A stretch of 64,000 bases of DNA from Bacteroidota bacterium (GCA_022711175.1 JAKLFM010000006.1:8720-72719), one strand, 5' to 3'; positions 7,738 through 16,163 are shown, numbered from the stretch's first letter. Notes: a model not told the origin generated them from the letters alone. Numbers and translations: made by a program.

Positions 7738-9378
7738 TTAGAACTGTGTTATATCTCGAGGAATTTTCTTGAAGATGATGTTTTTGAGTGTCATAAACTC
7801 TTTTGGAAGCAGGCAATTGTCGGCATAGATGACATACTGCGCTGCCGGTGTTTTGATTGTGGCCAATGAATCAAAATCAAGGGTGGTAAGCGAATGCTTT
7901 TCGTAAATGAAGTAGTAGGCCGAATCTTCCTTTTTGCCCAGGAAATATGGGTTATCGGCAGCCGGATCGGGTGGAGTGTAAGGCGTACGTGTTTCGCTGT
8001 ACCAAATGTATTCTCGTATTTTACCGGTTTCCACTTCTTCGTTCAGGAACTCGTTGTTTTCGCCTGTAAAAAGTGGTTTGCCAAGCTCGTAATAATCGAA
8101 ACCTCCGCCAGTACCTTCTTTGTCAGAATAGCCATTAATTACACGTTTTACCCGTTCGGCAGTAATGGTTTCGGCATAATCTTCCATTTCGACCAGGATA
8201 AATTTGCGGTTGCCGCCATCCTGTTTGTTGAGGTTTAAAACGGCATGAGCGGTAGTGCCTGAACCAGCGAAACTATCAATCACAATATCATTGTCTTTTG
8301 TAAACTGACCAATGAGTGAATGAATCAATGAGACAGGTTTTGCATATGAAAAAATAACATCTCCAAAAATATTCTTTAATAATCTTGTTCCTTCTTCATT
8401 TTTAGCAGTTTTTATGAAATGAGCATCCAATGTATCAATTTCCTGGTTTTGTTCAAAAATCCATGTTGATAAAGGCTTCCTGTCTCTTTTGGCGTCTTCA
8501 GGGAATGATTTAAGGCGAGGAGTTGTTAATTTTTTATCAGGAAAGTCCTCTGGAAATATTACTAGATTCTCGTCGACCTTTTGTTTCATTGTTGGTGGAT
8601 AAAACCCCCACACTCTTCCTTTTGCTGGCCAATATCCAGTTCCGGTTTTAGGATTTTTGAGTTCATACCATTGATTAGGTCGCATTTCTTTAGTCATACC
8701 AACAGTTAAAGGCATGCTCGCATAGAATCGGCCATCTCCATCAGACAAATTGTATTTTTCCATGTCTCTTTCTTCACCTCTAACAAAAACAGTATCGGGT
8801 GATTTTGAGTACGCAACAATATATTCGTGGTCTTTTGAAATCCAAGAATTGGCCATGCTTGAACTTACCCTTCTCCTCCAAACGAAATTGGCAAAGAATC
8901 CTTTAAATCCAAAGATTTCATCAAGAATCAGTTTCAAATATGTTAACTCGAAATCATCAATTGAAATCAAAAGAATTCCATCTTTATCCAAAAGTTTATG
9001 TAGAAGTTTTAACCGTGGATAAATCATGCATAGCCATTTATCATGCCGACTAAGATCTTCTCCCTCCTTACCTACAACTGAGTATAGCCATTTTTTTATT
9101 TTCGGATCATTTACATTATCGTTATAGGCCCAGTTTTCGTTGCCGGTATTGTACGGAGGATCGATGTAGATGCATTTGATTTTGCCTTCATACTCAGGCA
9201 GCAGGCTTTTTAGGGCTTCGAGGTTATCGCCGTGGATAATTTTATTACCGCTGCCTGTTGATTGAGGTTGTTCTCTATTATCGGCAGTATAACCGTATTG
9301 GTGTTCGAGGACGCGGTAAGGAACATCCTGGTGGTGGTTTATTACTTTTTCCTTACCGATCCAATTGAGTGTGGGCAT
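7738..9378 (-). CDS. mod: Type III R-M Mod subunit (beta-class N6-adenine/N4-cytosine DNA methyltransferase)
   Basis: 546 aa. The catalytic motif IV DPPY lies at nt 9162-9151 (checked). The AdoMet motif I, DSFAGSGTTAHAV, lies about 300 aa downstream, which is the IV-TRD-I order typical of type III Mod. The gene is coupled to res. Confidence 0.85.
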   Translation of the reverse strand: MPTLNWIGKEKVINHHQDVPYRVLEHQYGYTADNREQPQSTGSGNKIIHGDNLEALKSLLPEYEGKIKCIYIDPPYNTGNENWAYNDNVNDPKIKKWLYSVVGKEGEDLSRHDKWLCMIYPRLKLLHKLLDKDGILLISIDDFELTYLKLILDEIFGFKGFFANFVWRRRVSSSMANSWISKDHEYIVAYSKSPDTVFVRGEERDMEKYNLSDGDGRFYASMPLTVGMTKEMRPNQWYELKNPKTGTGYWPAKGRVWGFYPPTMKQKVDENLVIFPEDFPDKKLTTPRLKSFPEDAKRDRKPLSTWIFEQNQEIDTLDAHFIKTAKNEEGTRLLKNIFGDVIFSYAKPVSLIHSLIGQFTKDNDIVIDSFAGSGTTAHAVLNLNKQDGGNRKFILVEMEDYAETITAERVKRVINGYSDKEGTGGGFDYYELGKPLFTGENNEFLNEEVETGKIREYIWYSETRTPYTPPDPAADNPYFLGKKEDSAYYFIYEKHSLTTLDFDSLATIKTPAAQYVIYADNCLLPKEFMTLKNIIFKKIPRDITQF

Positions 9379-9629
9379 GCGAAGAAAAACAGATTTAGAT
9401 AAGAGTATAAGCTTAGAATAAATTAACAGTTCACATGCAAGTCAACAGATATGCACGGGCATGTCAAATATACTTAATAATTGAATATTGCAAGAGAGAC
9501 TTTCTCAATATCGTTATTTCATTGGACTTGGTTTGACCACACTTCGGTTTCGCTTAGTTTAAATGCATCCGTGCCACTGTGCAGAGGCAAAGGAAGGATT
9601 TTATAGAAAGGAGATTGTGTAAAGCCTTA

Positions 9630-11885
9630 CTAAATTTTAGTATAGCAACCATATTGCGGCTGGGATAAATAACGGCCATTAAGTTCTTTCAAAAGGCTAT
9701 CAACTGTCCGGACTGAAAGATTGAACGACTTGCCTAATTCCAATGCTTCGGCACGTTTGAAGTTAGCGGGCAGGGCGTAGAAGAACCTGCGTTTGTTGTC
9801 GCCGTTTTTAAAGACAGCAGTCTCGTTCTGTTTTGGCAGGTTGTGAAACATCAGCAGGCTGTGGTGCAGATAGAGGTCAGCCAGGGAAAGAGATGTTTCA
9901 AAATCAATGTCAGTGCAGGTTGCCTGTTTTGACATATCTCCATTTTCGACTTTGCGAAGTGCGGTGAAAATCATGGCTATGCGGTAGAGGATGGAACCAA
10001 GCCTTTTTACAATACTGGCGGCTTCGTCGTGGTTGAAGGTGACAACCTGGTACAGCCAATTGTCGAAAACGGCATTGAGGCGATCCCATTGGGCACGGGA
10101 AAGTTCAACAATGGTGGGGTACTGCTGCAGAAAACGTGAAATGTCGAAAGTTTGCTGCGAGAGAGCTGTAAAGTGATCGGTGAGGTTGATGTTGTTAGCA
10201 TAAGGCGAAACATCGCGCCAGTGTTGCTCAACTTTGAATGCATAAAATATAAACCGGCTAAACAGACCATCTTCAGCAGAGTTGATGAGGCCGGTAACCT
10301 GGCTGGGTGTACCTGAAAGCGCTACCGAAAGCCGGGGTTCGTTTACCTCAATGTACTCATTGTTGGTTTTCTTTGAGCTTGAAACACGCTCGTGGTGGAA
10401 TGCTTTTCGCAGCAAGTCGGAATAGCCGCCCCACTCTTGTTTGAGGACATTGCCCATGGTGTCGGCTTCGGTTTCACATATTATGCCCTCGCCATCGTTC
10501 TGTTCGAGATGAGTGAGAATTTTAGCATAACTTGTATTGGCGGGAATGTAAAGTACCCTGAAAGGAGGTGCTTCGGGCGGGTCCTCTAAAGGTTCATCTT
10601 TTTTGCGGGAGCGCTCACGGGCTTTGTATTGGTTCAATTCAGCATCATAGCGTTGTTTAGCCTCCTGACTGTCGCGGATCATGATCTCGTGGTGCTTGTC
10701 GGCCAGCATTTTGGCAAACTTCATGGCTCCTTTGCCGCTGGCAGCGGGAGCAATCACAAAGGCGAAAAGGTTAGGATAAGTTGTCTGCTGGGCATAAATG
10801 CCCCTGACATTGGGAAGGCAACCACTCAGAATTGACAATGCACCTGTAAGGAAAACATCGCGTTCGCGGGGATCAGCAAAAGCACCTGCCCCGGATTGCA
10901 ATAGTAAAGGGAGATTACTATAAACGGTGGCAGGGATCAAAGGTGAAGACTTCAGATAGTCTTCCTCGTCATTAGTGACAGTCTGGGAGAGGGGAGTTTG
11001 CGACTTTGCAGAGTTTGCAAACTTTGAAAATTCTACTGAATGGTTTGTATAAGCGCTACAGACAGAAGCTCTTATTTCCTTTTCAGCCAGGTCGAAATTT
11101 TGCTGGCAAAAGTCCAAAGTATCGCTTTCAGGGAGGCCTGCCCGGTTGCAATTAGAGGCAAGCAGATAAATATAATTATTACGGTTTCCATCGATGTAGG
11201 TTTCTTTTTGGTTCGTAAACTGAATTTGTTGTTCGAAAATGAAGAGGGAGTTCAGGTTTTCAGGCTCCTTGACATGAGTGAGTGTTGCAGAAGGTGTCTC
11301 AGGGTGCTTTTCTGACTCAAAAAATTCTGAAGCAGGCAGTTGAACCATGAACTTCTCGTTGTAGATGTTTTTATACATAGCCGGATCGTCACTCACAAAG
11401 CAAAGCCGGGTTATGTCCTTGCATTTGGGGTCACATGGTATGCCAAGTGATTGTTCATAGTAATCCTGTATCTGGCGATAGGCCGTATTGTGATGCACAG
11501 CAGTAGTATTGACCTCGACAAAAACCTTCAGGCCATTGCCACTGGGACTGCGAAAGCATCCGAAAGTGTACGGGATTTTGGAAATGCCTTCAAATGCTTC
11601 GTCCAACTGCCCGGGTGAGAGCTTGTCGAAATCAAGATGGACATATCCGCTATAGTTCTTCAGCAGATGTGCTTTGCGACCACCTTCGTAAGTTCCCGAT
11701 GGAGTGAATGCCGGAAGTTGCTTTTTGAGTTGATCGGCTTTATCGGAATCGCCCGAAGCTAAGATTGTGCGGAGGTGTTCGATTTCGGCTTTGTATTTGC
11801 CGTTACGGATGTCGTTCAGGATCAGGATAAGGGACCTGTTTTCAACCGGTTGGTTGAATCCTGAGAAAATGGTTGCTGTAGCCAT
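9630..11885 (-). CDS. Island replication protein: VirE_N/BT4734-like primase-type N-terminal domain plus DUF3987 P-loop helicase-like domain
   Basis: 751 aa. The N-terminus has LPAFTPSGTYEGGRKAHLLKNYSGYVHLDFDKL...GLKVFV (VirE N-terminal type). The central Walker A is FVIAPAASGKGAMKF. This is a typical neighbour of HTH_17 and integrase genes in Bacteroidota integrative elements. Confidence 0.75.
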   Translation of the reverse strand: MATATIFSGFNQPVENRSLILILNDIRNGKYKAEIEHLRTILASGDSDKADQLKKQLPAFTPSGTYEGGRKAHLLKNYSGYVHLDFDKLSPGQLDEAFEGISKIPYTFGCFRSPSGNGLKVFVEVNTTAVHHNTAYRQIQDYYEQSLGIPCDPKCKDITRLCFVSDDPAMYKNIYNEKFMVQLPASEFFESEKHPETPSATLTHVKEPENLNSLFIFEQQIQFTNQKETYIDGNRNNYIYLLASNCNRAGLPESDTLDFCQQNFDLAEKEIRASVCSAYTNHSVEFSKFANSAKSQTPLSQTVTNDEEDYLKSSPLIPATVYSNLPLLLQSGAGAFADPRERDVFLTGALSILSGCLPNVRGIYAQQTTYPNLFAFVIAPAASGKGAMKFAKMLADKHHEIMIRDSQEAKQRYDAELNQYKARERSRKKDEPLEDPPEAPPFRVLYIPANTSYAKILTHLEQNDGEGIICETEADTMGNVLKQEWGGYSDLLRKAFHHERVSSSKKTNNEYIEVNEPRLSVALSGTPSQVTGLINSAEDGLFSRFIFYAFKVEQHWRDVSPYANNINLTDHFTALSQQTFDISRFLQQYPTIVELSRAQWDRLNAVFDNWLYQVVTFNHDEAASIVKRLGSILYRIAMIFTALRKVENGDMSKQATCTDIDFETSLSLADLYLHHSLLMFHNLPKQNETAVFKNGDNKRRFFYALPANFKRAEALELGKSFNLSVRTVDSLLKELNGRYLSQPQYGCYTKI

Positions 11886-11888
11886 GAA

Positions 11889-12167
11889 TCAGGATTTAGC
11901 CGGTTTGTGGTGCTTATCGAGTAATGCAAGTATATCAGACAAGCGGTAATACACTTTAATGCCTACCTGTGAGTAAGCAATGATTCCTTCATCGCGCCAG
12001 GCTTGGGCTGTGCGCTTGCAGATATTCATGATTTGAATGAACTCCTGGTTGTCGAAAAAGACCTGGTCAGGATCGGTGCGCTGTTTCTTAGCGAGGATCT
12101 CCTCGAGGCGTTTAAGTCTCTCGGCCACCTTTTCCAGTGGTTCACGGCAGGTTTTACAATGTTCCAT
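11889..12167 (-). CDS. HTH_17 (excisionase/MerR-like) DNA-binding protein
   Basis: 92 aa. The C-terminal half IQIMNICKRTAQAWRDEGIIAYSQVGIKVYYRLSDILALL fits the HTH_17 pattern. The gene lies 3 nt upstream of the primase-helicase gene. Confidence 0.6.
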   Translation of the reverse strand: MEHCKTCREPLEKVAERLKRLEEILAKKQRTDPDQVFFDNQEFIQIMNICKRTAQAWRDEGIIAYSQVGIKVYYRLSDILALLDKHHKPAKS

Positions 12168-12169
12168 AC

Positions 12170-12472
12170 CTATCGCCTCCTTCCCCTGGTTAAATTCTCT
12201 GAAACCTGCTTTTCGATTTCTTCGGTGGTATCCTGGCGGTTACGCTGCAACCACTCATCGAGTTCAATACGTTTGAAATACAGCTTTTTGCCCTGGGGGC
12301 AGAAATGCGGAATCTGACGGGTTGAGGTCAGCTTGTAGAGGTGGGACGGGCTTACATCCAGATAGGAGCATGCTTCGTTGAAGTTAAGAACCGTTTTTTG
12401 CAACAGGTTCTGCTCATCCAGTTTTGTTGCGATCTCGGAGAGCTTGTTTAAGATCATTTCTTCGTGTGACAT
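12170..12472 (-). CDS. HTH_17 excisionase-family DNA-binding protein
   Basis: 100 aa. The segment FNEACSYLDVSPSHLYKLTSTRQIPHFCPQGKKLYFKRIELDEWL is the classic excisionase-type HTH_17 pattern. Confidence 0.65.
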   Translation of the reverse strand: MSHEEMILNKLSEIATKLDEQNLLQKTVLNFNEACSYLDVSPSHLYKLTSTRQIPHFCPQGKKLYFKRIELDEWLQRNRQDTTEEIEKQVSENLTRGRRR

Positions 12473-12574
12473 CTTTTTGATTATTAAATGATGCCGCGAA
12501 AGTCATAAACAGCTGATCCATAAAGGTTAAGGGGTTAAGCCCTTACTCAGATAACTGAATAATCTTAATGTTTT

Positions 12575-13642
12575 TTATTTCACTTGGTTGAAGATTCTGT
12601 CAATGGTAGCCTTTTCTTTAGGCTCTAACTTATTCTTTGAACTGCTGGCTGAAAGGTTGTTTGCCGTGATAGGATTATCATTTATAGAGAAGAAGATTTT
12701 TGATTTCTCGATATTTGAAAGGGAAAGGTTGCTGAAATAGGGCTGTAGCTTATCGATACAATATCGAAAGTGTTTTGTTTCACAGCCAATGTGAATTTTG
12801 GTACAGCCAGGAATAAGGCTCTTTGATGTCAATACTTTCAGCAAATCTTCAGCAGTGCATAGGTCTTCGTTTACTAATACAATCTGAAAGCAAAGCTGGG
12901 TAACAATATACGTTAGCTTTTCAGGATCATCTTTGAAGCCGAACCAAATTCTATCCTGATCTTTAATGGTTATATGTCCTCCCTCTTTATGATTTTCAGT
13001 TAAAATAACTGGTTTTAACTGGATCAGGTTTGAGATGGATTCTTCGAGATCCAGTAGATAGAAGTCTTCAAGAGTCGTGGTTTTGTCAAGACTATCTTTG
13101 AAATGTTCCTGAATACTGAAATAGAGCCGGATTAGGCTATGTTTTAGATGAAATAGTGCGAAATGTACAATATCACTTTGTTCATCTGGAGGGGTTGAAT
13201 AATCACGGTCCTTCAATTCAATACCTGTTTGTTTGGCAAGTACCCGGATATTTGTGAGTGTCTGGTTAACATTATATTGGACGTCGATAATGTCGGACCA
13301 GTTACCAGCCTGGTAAAGGAATGCATTGTAGAACCGGAGGGTTTCGGCAGTAATAAGTAAGTTATAAAAGTGAGTTACTGCATTATAGTATTTGGGCAAC
13401 TCAATATCAAAACGGAGTGGTTGGAGAGGATTCGGGCTTTTGGGTTCAAGAACTAACACTTTCTGCTGTATGGGGAAATCTGTCAGCAGGTAAGAAACCT
13501 GCCCGAATATGTCGGATAATGTTGACAGAGGAATTGCCTTTGCGTTCCTGACAATCTCAGTAAAGCGCCTGTTATTACTTATATCAACTTTCCAGGGTTT
13601 AAGTGTACCATGGAGAATATTATCCAGTATGATTATTTCCAT
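12575..13642 (-). CDS. Hypothetical protein, no family recognised
   Basis: 355-aa uninterrupted ORF lying 6 nt downstream of the integrase gene on the same strand. I could identify no catalytic or DNA-binding motif. I called it as a CDS from its length and its operon-like spacing only. Confidence 0.55.
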   Translation of the reverse strand: MEIIILDNILHGTLKPWKVDISNNRRFTEIVRNAKAIPLSTLSDIFGQVSYLLTDFPIQQKVLVLEPKSPNPLQPLRFDIELPKYYNAVTHFYNLLITAETLRFYNAFLYQAGNWSDIIDVQYNVNQTLTNIRVLAKQTGIELKDRDYSTPPDEQSDIVHFALFHLKHSLIRLYFSIQEHFKDSLDKTTTLEDFYLLDLEESISNLIQLKPVILTENHKEGGHITIKDQDRIWFGFKDDPEKLTYIVTQLCFQIVLVNEDLCTAEDLLKVLTSKSLIPGCTKIHIGCETKHFRYCIDKLQPYFSNLSLSNIEKSKIFFSINDNPITANNLSASSSKNKLEPKEKATIDRIFNQVK

Positions 13643-13648
13643 ACACGT

Positions 13649-14881
13649 TTATTTCAATTGGGTCAGCAAGTTAGCATATTCCAGCTTAACTTCATCGGTA
13701 AAGCTATCGAGATAGTTCTCGGTGACTAGTTCGGAGCTGTGCCCGAGGCTTTCTTTGATGAATGAAGTGGGAACGCCTTTTCTTTTAAGGACCGTTGAAA
13801 ATGAATGACGGGCAGCATACGTGCCGATCTTCATATCAATCTTCTTTTCCTGCCTGATTTCTTCCATATGTTTGTTCACCCATTTGATGAAACGCTGGCA
13901 ACGATGCTTCACTGTAACGGGGCTCAATCCGGCATCCAAAATCGGGAAGAGGAAGGGATTGGCGAGGGTAGTATTCTTTTGCCGGTTGATAATTTCAATG
14001 GCTTTGGGATTCAGCCCGACCTTGATGGGGCGCAGGTCTTTTTTCTTAGTGCGCTTGGTTTTCTGGCGGATGAAATACAAATAACTGCCTTGTATATTTT
14101 CCGGCTTCAGGTGGGCAATATCGGTGAAGTTTATACCATTGCAGAGGTAGGAGAGAACCCAGAAATCGATGGCTTTTTGCCGGTGGGGATCATCAGAAGT
14201 ATAATCCAGGAGTTTCTGAAGGTCATCAGAAGGAAGGGCTTTCTTAATGTTTCGGCCGGCTGGAATCTGATATTTCTTAAAAGGGTATTTGTCAGCCGAT
14301 AGCATATTATGCTCAATAGCCTGGTTGATGATAGCCCGCAGTTGCCTTAAGTAGATGCCTATTGAACTAACAGACTTGCCGGCATTAGTCATATAGTTTT
14401 CATAGGACAGCAGGAACTCGGGGGTTATATCGTAAATCGTGAGATTCTTTTTGAAGTCGCTAATTGAATTGATGGTAGTCTGATAGGAGATGGCGGTTCC
14501 TATCTGGCCATGTTCTTTAAGAATGTTTATATACCTATCGAACCAGTAAGAGAGTTTTGAGAGATGTTGTTCACCTGAGTTGGAGGAACGTTGGAAGAAG
14601 GCCTCTTCGAATGCGACGATAGAGAAAGGGTGGAGACTGTCGATAACCCCCTGGGCTTTGGTTTCGATAGCTTTGAGACGAGTTCTGAGGCTTTTCAGGT
14701 CATTATCGCGGAGGTTGGATGCGAAGAGTTTTTCCCATTCTTCCTTAGTGACAGATTCTTTGATGCCGTACTTTTTTTTGCCTTCGCCGTAGTAAATGTT
14801 TAACTTTACGGGATACTTACCATCCTTGTTTGCCTTGGTTCCTTCTATTACAAAGCCTACTGTTGCTGTGTTTTCTTTCAT
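13649..14881 (-). CDS. int: Tyrosine recombinase / integrase (Bacteroidota arm-binding plus SAM-like N-terminus type)
   Basis: 410 aa. The N-terminus TVGFVIEGTKANKDGKYPVKLNIYY is arm-DNA-binding type. The C-terminal catalytic boxes are YAARHSFSTVL and LGHSSELVTENYL (His...Tyr nucleophile). The gene lies about 160 nt from a tRNA 3' fragment. Confidence 0.9.
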   Translation of the reverse strand: MKENTATVGFVIEGTKANKDGKYPVKLNIYYGEGKKKYGIKESVTKEEWEKLFASNLRDNDLKSLRTRLKAIETKAQGVIDSLHPFSIVAFEEAFFQRSSNSGEQHLSKLSYWFDRYINILKEHGQIGTAISYQTTINSISDFKKNLTIYDITPEFLLSYENYMTNAGKSVSSIGIYLRQLRAIINQAIEHNMLSADKYPFKKYQIPAGRNIKKALPSDDLQKLLDYTSDDPHRQKAIDFWVLSYLCNGINFTDIAHLKPENIQGSYLYFIRQKTKRTKKKDLRPIKVGLNPKAIEIINRQKNTTLANPFLFPILDAGLSPVTVKHRCQRFIKWVNKHMEEIRQEKKIDMKIGTYAARHSFSTVLKRKGVPTSFIKESLGHSSELVTENYLDSFTDEVKLEYANLLTQLK

Positions 14882-15039
14882 AACTGATGTATAAAAATGC
14901 GACCAAAAATGCGACCATATCGATACACAAAGGTATGAAAAAAGAGATAAGAAAGGAAAGAAAGAGAAAAATAAACATTGGAAATCAGTATATTAAATAA
15001 TAAAAGCAGATAAGAGATAACAAGAGAAAAGTAAATTTA

Positions 15040-15084
15040 TGACTGTTAATCAGAGGGTCGCTGGTTCAAGTCCAGCAGGGGGAG
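15040..15084 (+). other. 3' fragment of tRNA-Asn(GTT), probable att scar at the island-chromosome junction; not an intact tRNA
   Basis: The anticodon loop is CTGTTAA (GTT at 15045-15047) and the variable loop is GGGTC. The T arm is GCTGG-TTCAAGT-CCAGC (15060-15076). The 3' acceptor strand is AGGGGGA followed by discriminator G (15077-15084). No complementary 5' acceptor strand (TCCCCCT) or D arm exists upstream; the upstream sequence is purine-rich island DNA. Confidence 0.6.
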
Positions 15085-15221
15085 CAAATATAATAAGGGT
15101 TTCAGAAGTTATATATCTGATGCCCTTTTTCTTTTTGCCCAACAATTTTACTAGTTTCCTCTTAAAACCTGATCAAAATCAAAGGAGTAAACACCGGGAA
15201 GTTGGTAATTTCCGAACATCC

Positions 15222-16163
15222 TTATGATATCAACGATTTAAAGTACCCGATGGTTTTTATCAAACCCTCTTCCAATTGAATTTTAGGTTCCCAATGGAGT
15301 TCTTCCCTTGCCAGGGTAATATCGGGCTGGCGTTGCGAAGGATCATCAGGAGGCAGGGGCAGTCTTATAATTTTCGACTTCGATCCTGTGAGTTTTATTA
15401 CTTTTTCAGCAAGTTCGAGAATAGTAAACTCATTTGGGTTACCGATATTTACCGGCCCGGTAAATTCGTCGCGCGAAGCCATCATCTTTATCATGCCATC
15501 GAGCAGGTCATCCACATACTGGAAACTGCGAGTTTGCGATCCGTCGCCGTAGATGGTAATTTCTTCGCCCCTGAGAGCCTGCATGATGAAGTTGGAAACC
15601 ACCCTTCCGTCGTTCGGGTGCATGCGCGGCCCGTAGGTATTGAAAATCCTGATGATCTTAATCTTTACGTTATTCTGTTTGTGGTAATTCACAAACAGCG
15701 TTTCGGCAGCACGCTTGCCTTCGTCGTAGCAGGAGCGTTCACCAATCGGGTTCACATGTCCCCAGTAAGTTTCCACTTGAGGATGAATTTGCGGGTCGCC
15801 GTAAACTTCGCTGGTTGAGGCCTGAAGTATCTTTGCCCTGATCCTTTTTGCCAGCCCAAGCATATTGATTGCTCCCATTACCGATGTCTTTACCGTTTTA
15901 ATGGCATTGTACTGGTAATGGATAGGCGAAGCAGGACAGGCGAGGTTATAAATTTCATCCACCTCGATAAAAAAAGGCATGGTAACATCGTGCCTTACCA
16001 GTTCAAAATAGGGATTTTTCAGCAGGTGCACTACGTTCTGCTTCTGCCCGGTGAAATAGTTATCGAGGCATACCACTTCATTTCCTTCGGCTAACAGCCT
16101 TTCGCAAAGGTGTGATCCTACAAACCCTGCACCTCCGGTAACAAGCACTTTTCTCCGGATCAT
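15222..16163 (-). CDS. UDP-glucuronate decarboxylase (UDP-xylose synthase), extended SDR
   Basis: 313 aa. It has the [11 protein letters not shown] Rossmann motif and the catalytic YDEGK (YxxxK). It resembles UXS end to end. Confidence 0.85.
   Translation of the reverse strand: MIRRKVLVTGGAGFVGSHLCERLLAEGNEVVCLDNYFTGQKQNVVHLLKNPYFELVRHDVTMPFFIEVDEIYNLACPASPIHYQYNAIKTVKTSVMGAINMLGLAKRIRAKILQASTSEVYGDPQIHPQVETYWGHVNPIGERSCYDEGKRAAETLFVNYHKQNNVKIKIIRIFNTYGPRMHPNDGRVVSNFIMQALRGEEITIYGDGSQTRSFQYVDDLLDGMIKMMASRDEFTGPVNIGNPNEFTILELAEKVIKLTGSKSKIIRLPLPPDDPSQRQPDITLAREELHWEPKIQLEEGLIKTIGYFKSLIS

Larger units (their letters stand above)
1..15084. mobile_element. Integrated genomic (defence) island, tRNA-Asn-associated, integrase-proximal part; the far end lies outside the window
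   Basis: The region holds an integrase, HTH_17 excisionase-like genes and a VirE/DUF3987 replication gene beside a tRNA 3' fragment. The cargo is R-M, Abi and TA genes. All genes are co-directional. Several segments are visibly more AT-rich than the adjacent core genes. No relaxase or transposase is present in the visible part. Confidence 0.7.

Noticed and set aside
9379-9629. The 251-nt spacer between the replication gene and mod, checked for a tRNA, retron-like ncRNA, iterons or a strong promoter
   Set aside because: I found only short inverted repeats (for example ACATGC...GCATGT around 9433-9468) and sigma-70-like TTGACA/TTGACT hexamers on the minus strand. The hexamers are not the Bacteroidota promoter consensus. 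Nothing here is strong enough to call.
12528-12545. Hairpin TAAGGG-gttaag-CCCTTA between the orphan gene and the HTH_17 gene
   Set aside because: The stem is only 6 bp and has no U-tract. It is too weak to call as a terminator or attenuator.
13805-14302. 165-aa plus-strand ORF inside the integrase gene. Similar cases are 381-563, 1070-1444, 5329-6027, 7894-8238, 10392-10835 and 12003-12317.
   Set aside because: These are antisense shadow ORFs that lie fully inside well-supported minus-strand genes. They have low-complexity or implausible sequences and no motifs.
15005-15084. Possibility of an intact tRNA-Asn gene
   Set aside because: Only the anticodon-stem-to-3'-end portion is present. The upstream 40 nt (aagcagataagagataacaagagaaaagtaaattt) contain no strand complementary to the AGGGGGA acceptor and no D-arm consensus. 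One anticodon-stem pair is already broken at 15039.
15039-15227. 62-aa ORF from the ORF track (MTVNQRVAGSSPAGGAN...)
   Set aside because: It is a translation across the tRNA-Asn 3' fragment. QRVAGSSPAGG is the typical read-through of a T arm and acceptor stem. The rest of the ORF is intergenic.
15276-15818. 180-aa plus-strand ORF opposite the UXS gene. Similar cases are 28322-28879, 34791-35183, 35512-35955, 36025-36369, 40095-40574, 43747-44430, 55415-55846 and 57882-58295.
   Set aside because: These are antisense to strongly supported conserved genes (UXS, GH3, purH, mreB, the permease, pepT, the nitroreductase and the membrane SpeE-like gene). They are typical shadow frames in GC-richer coding DNA.
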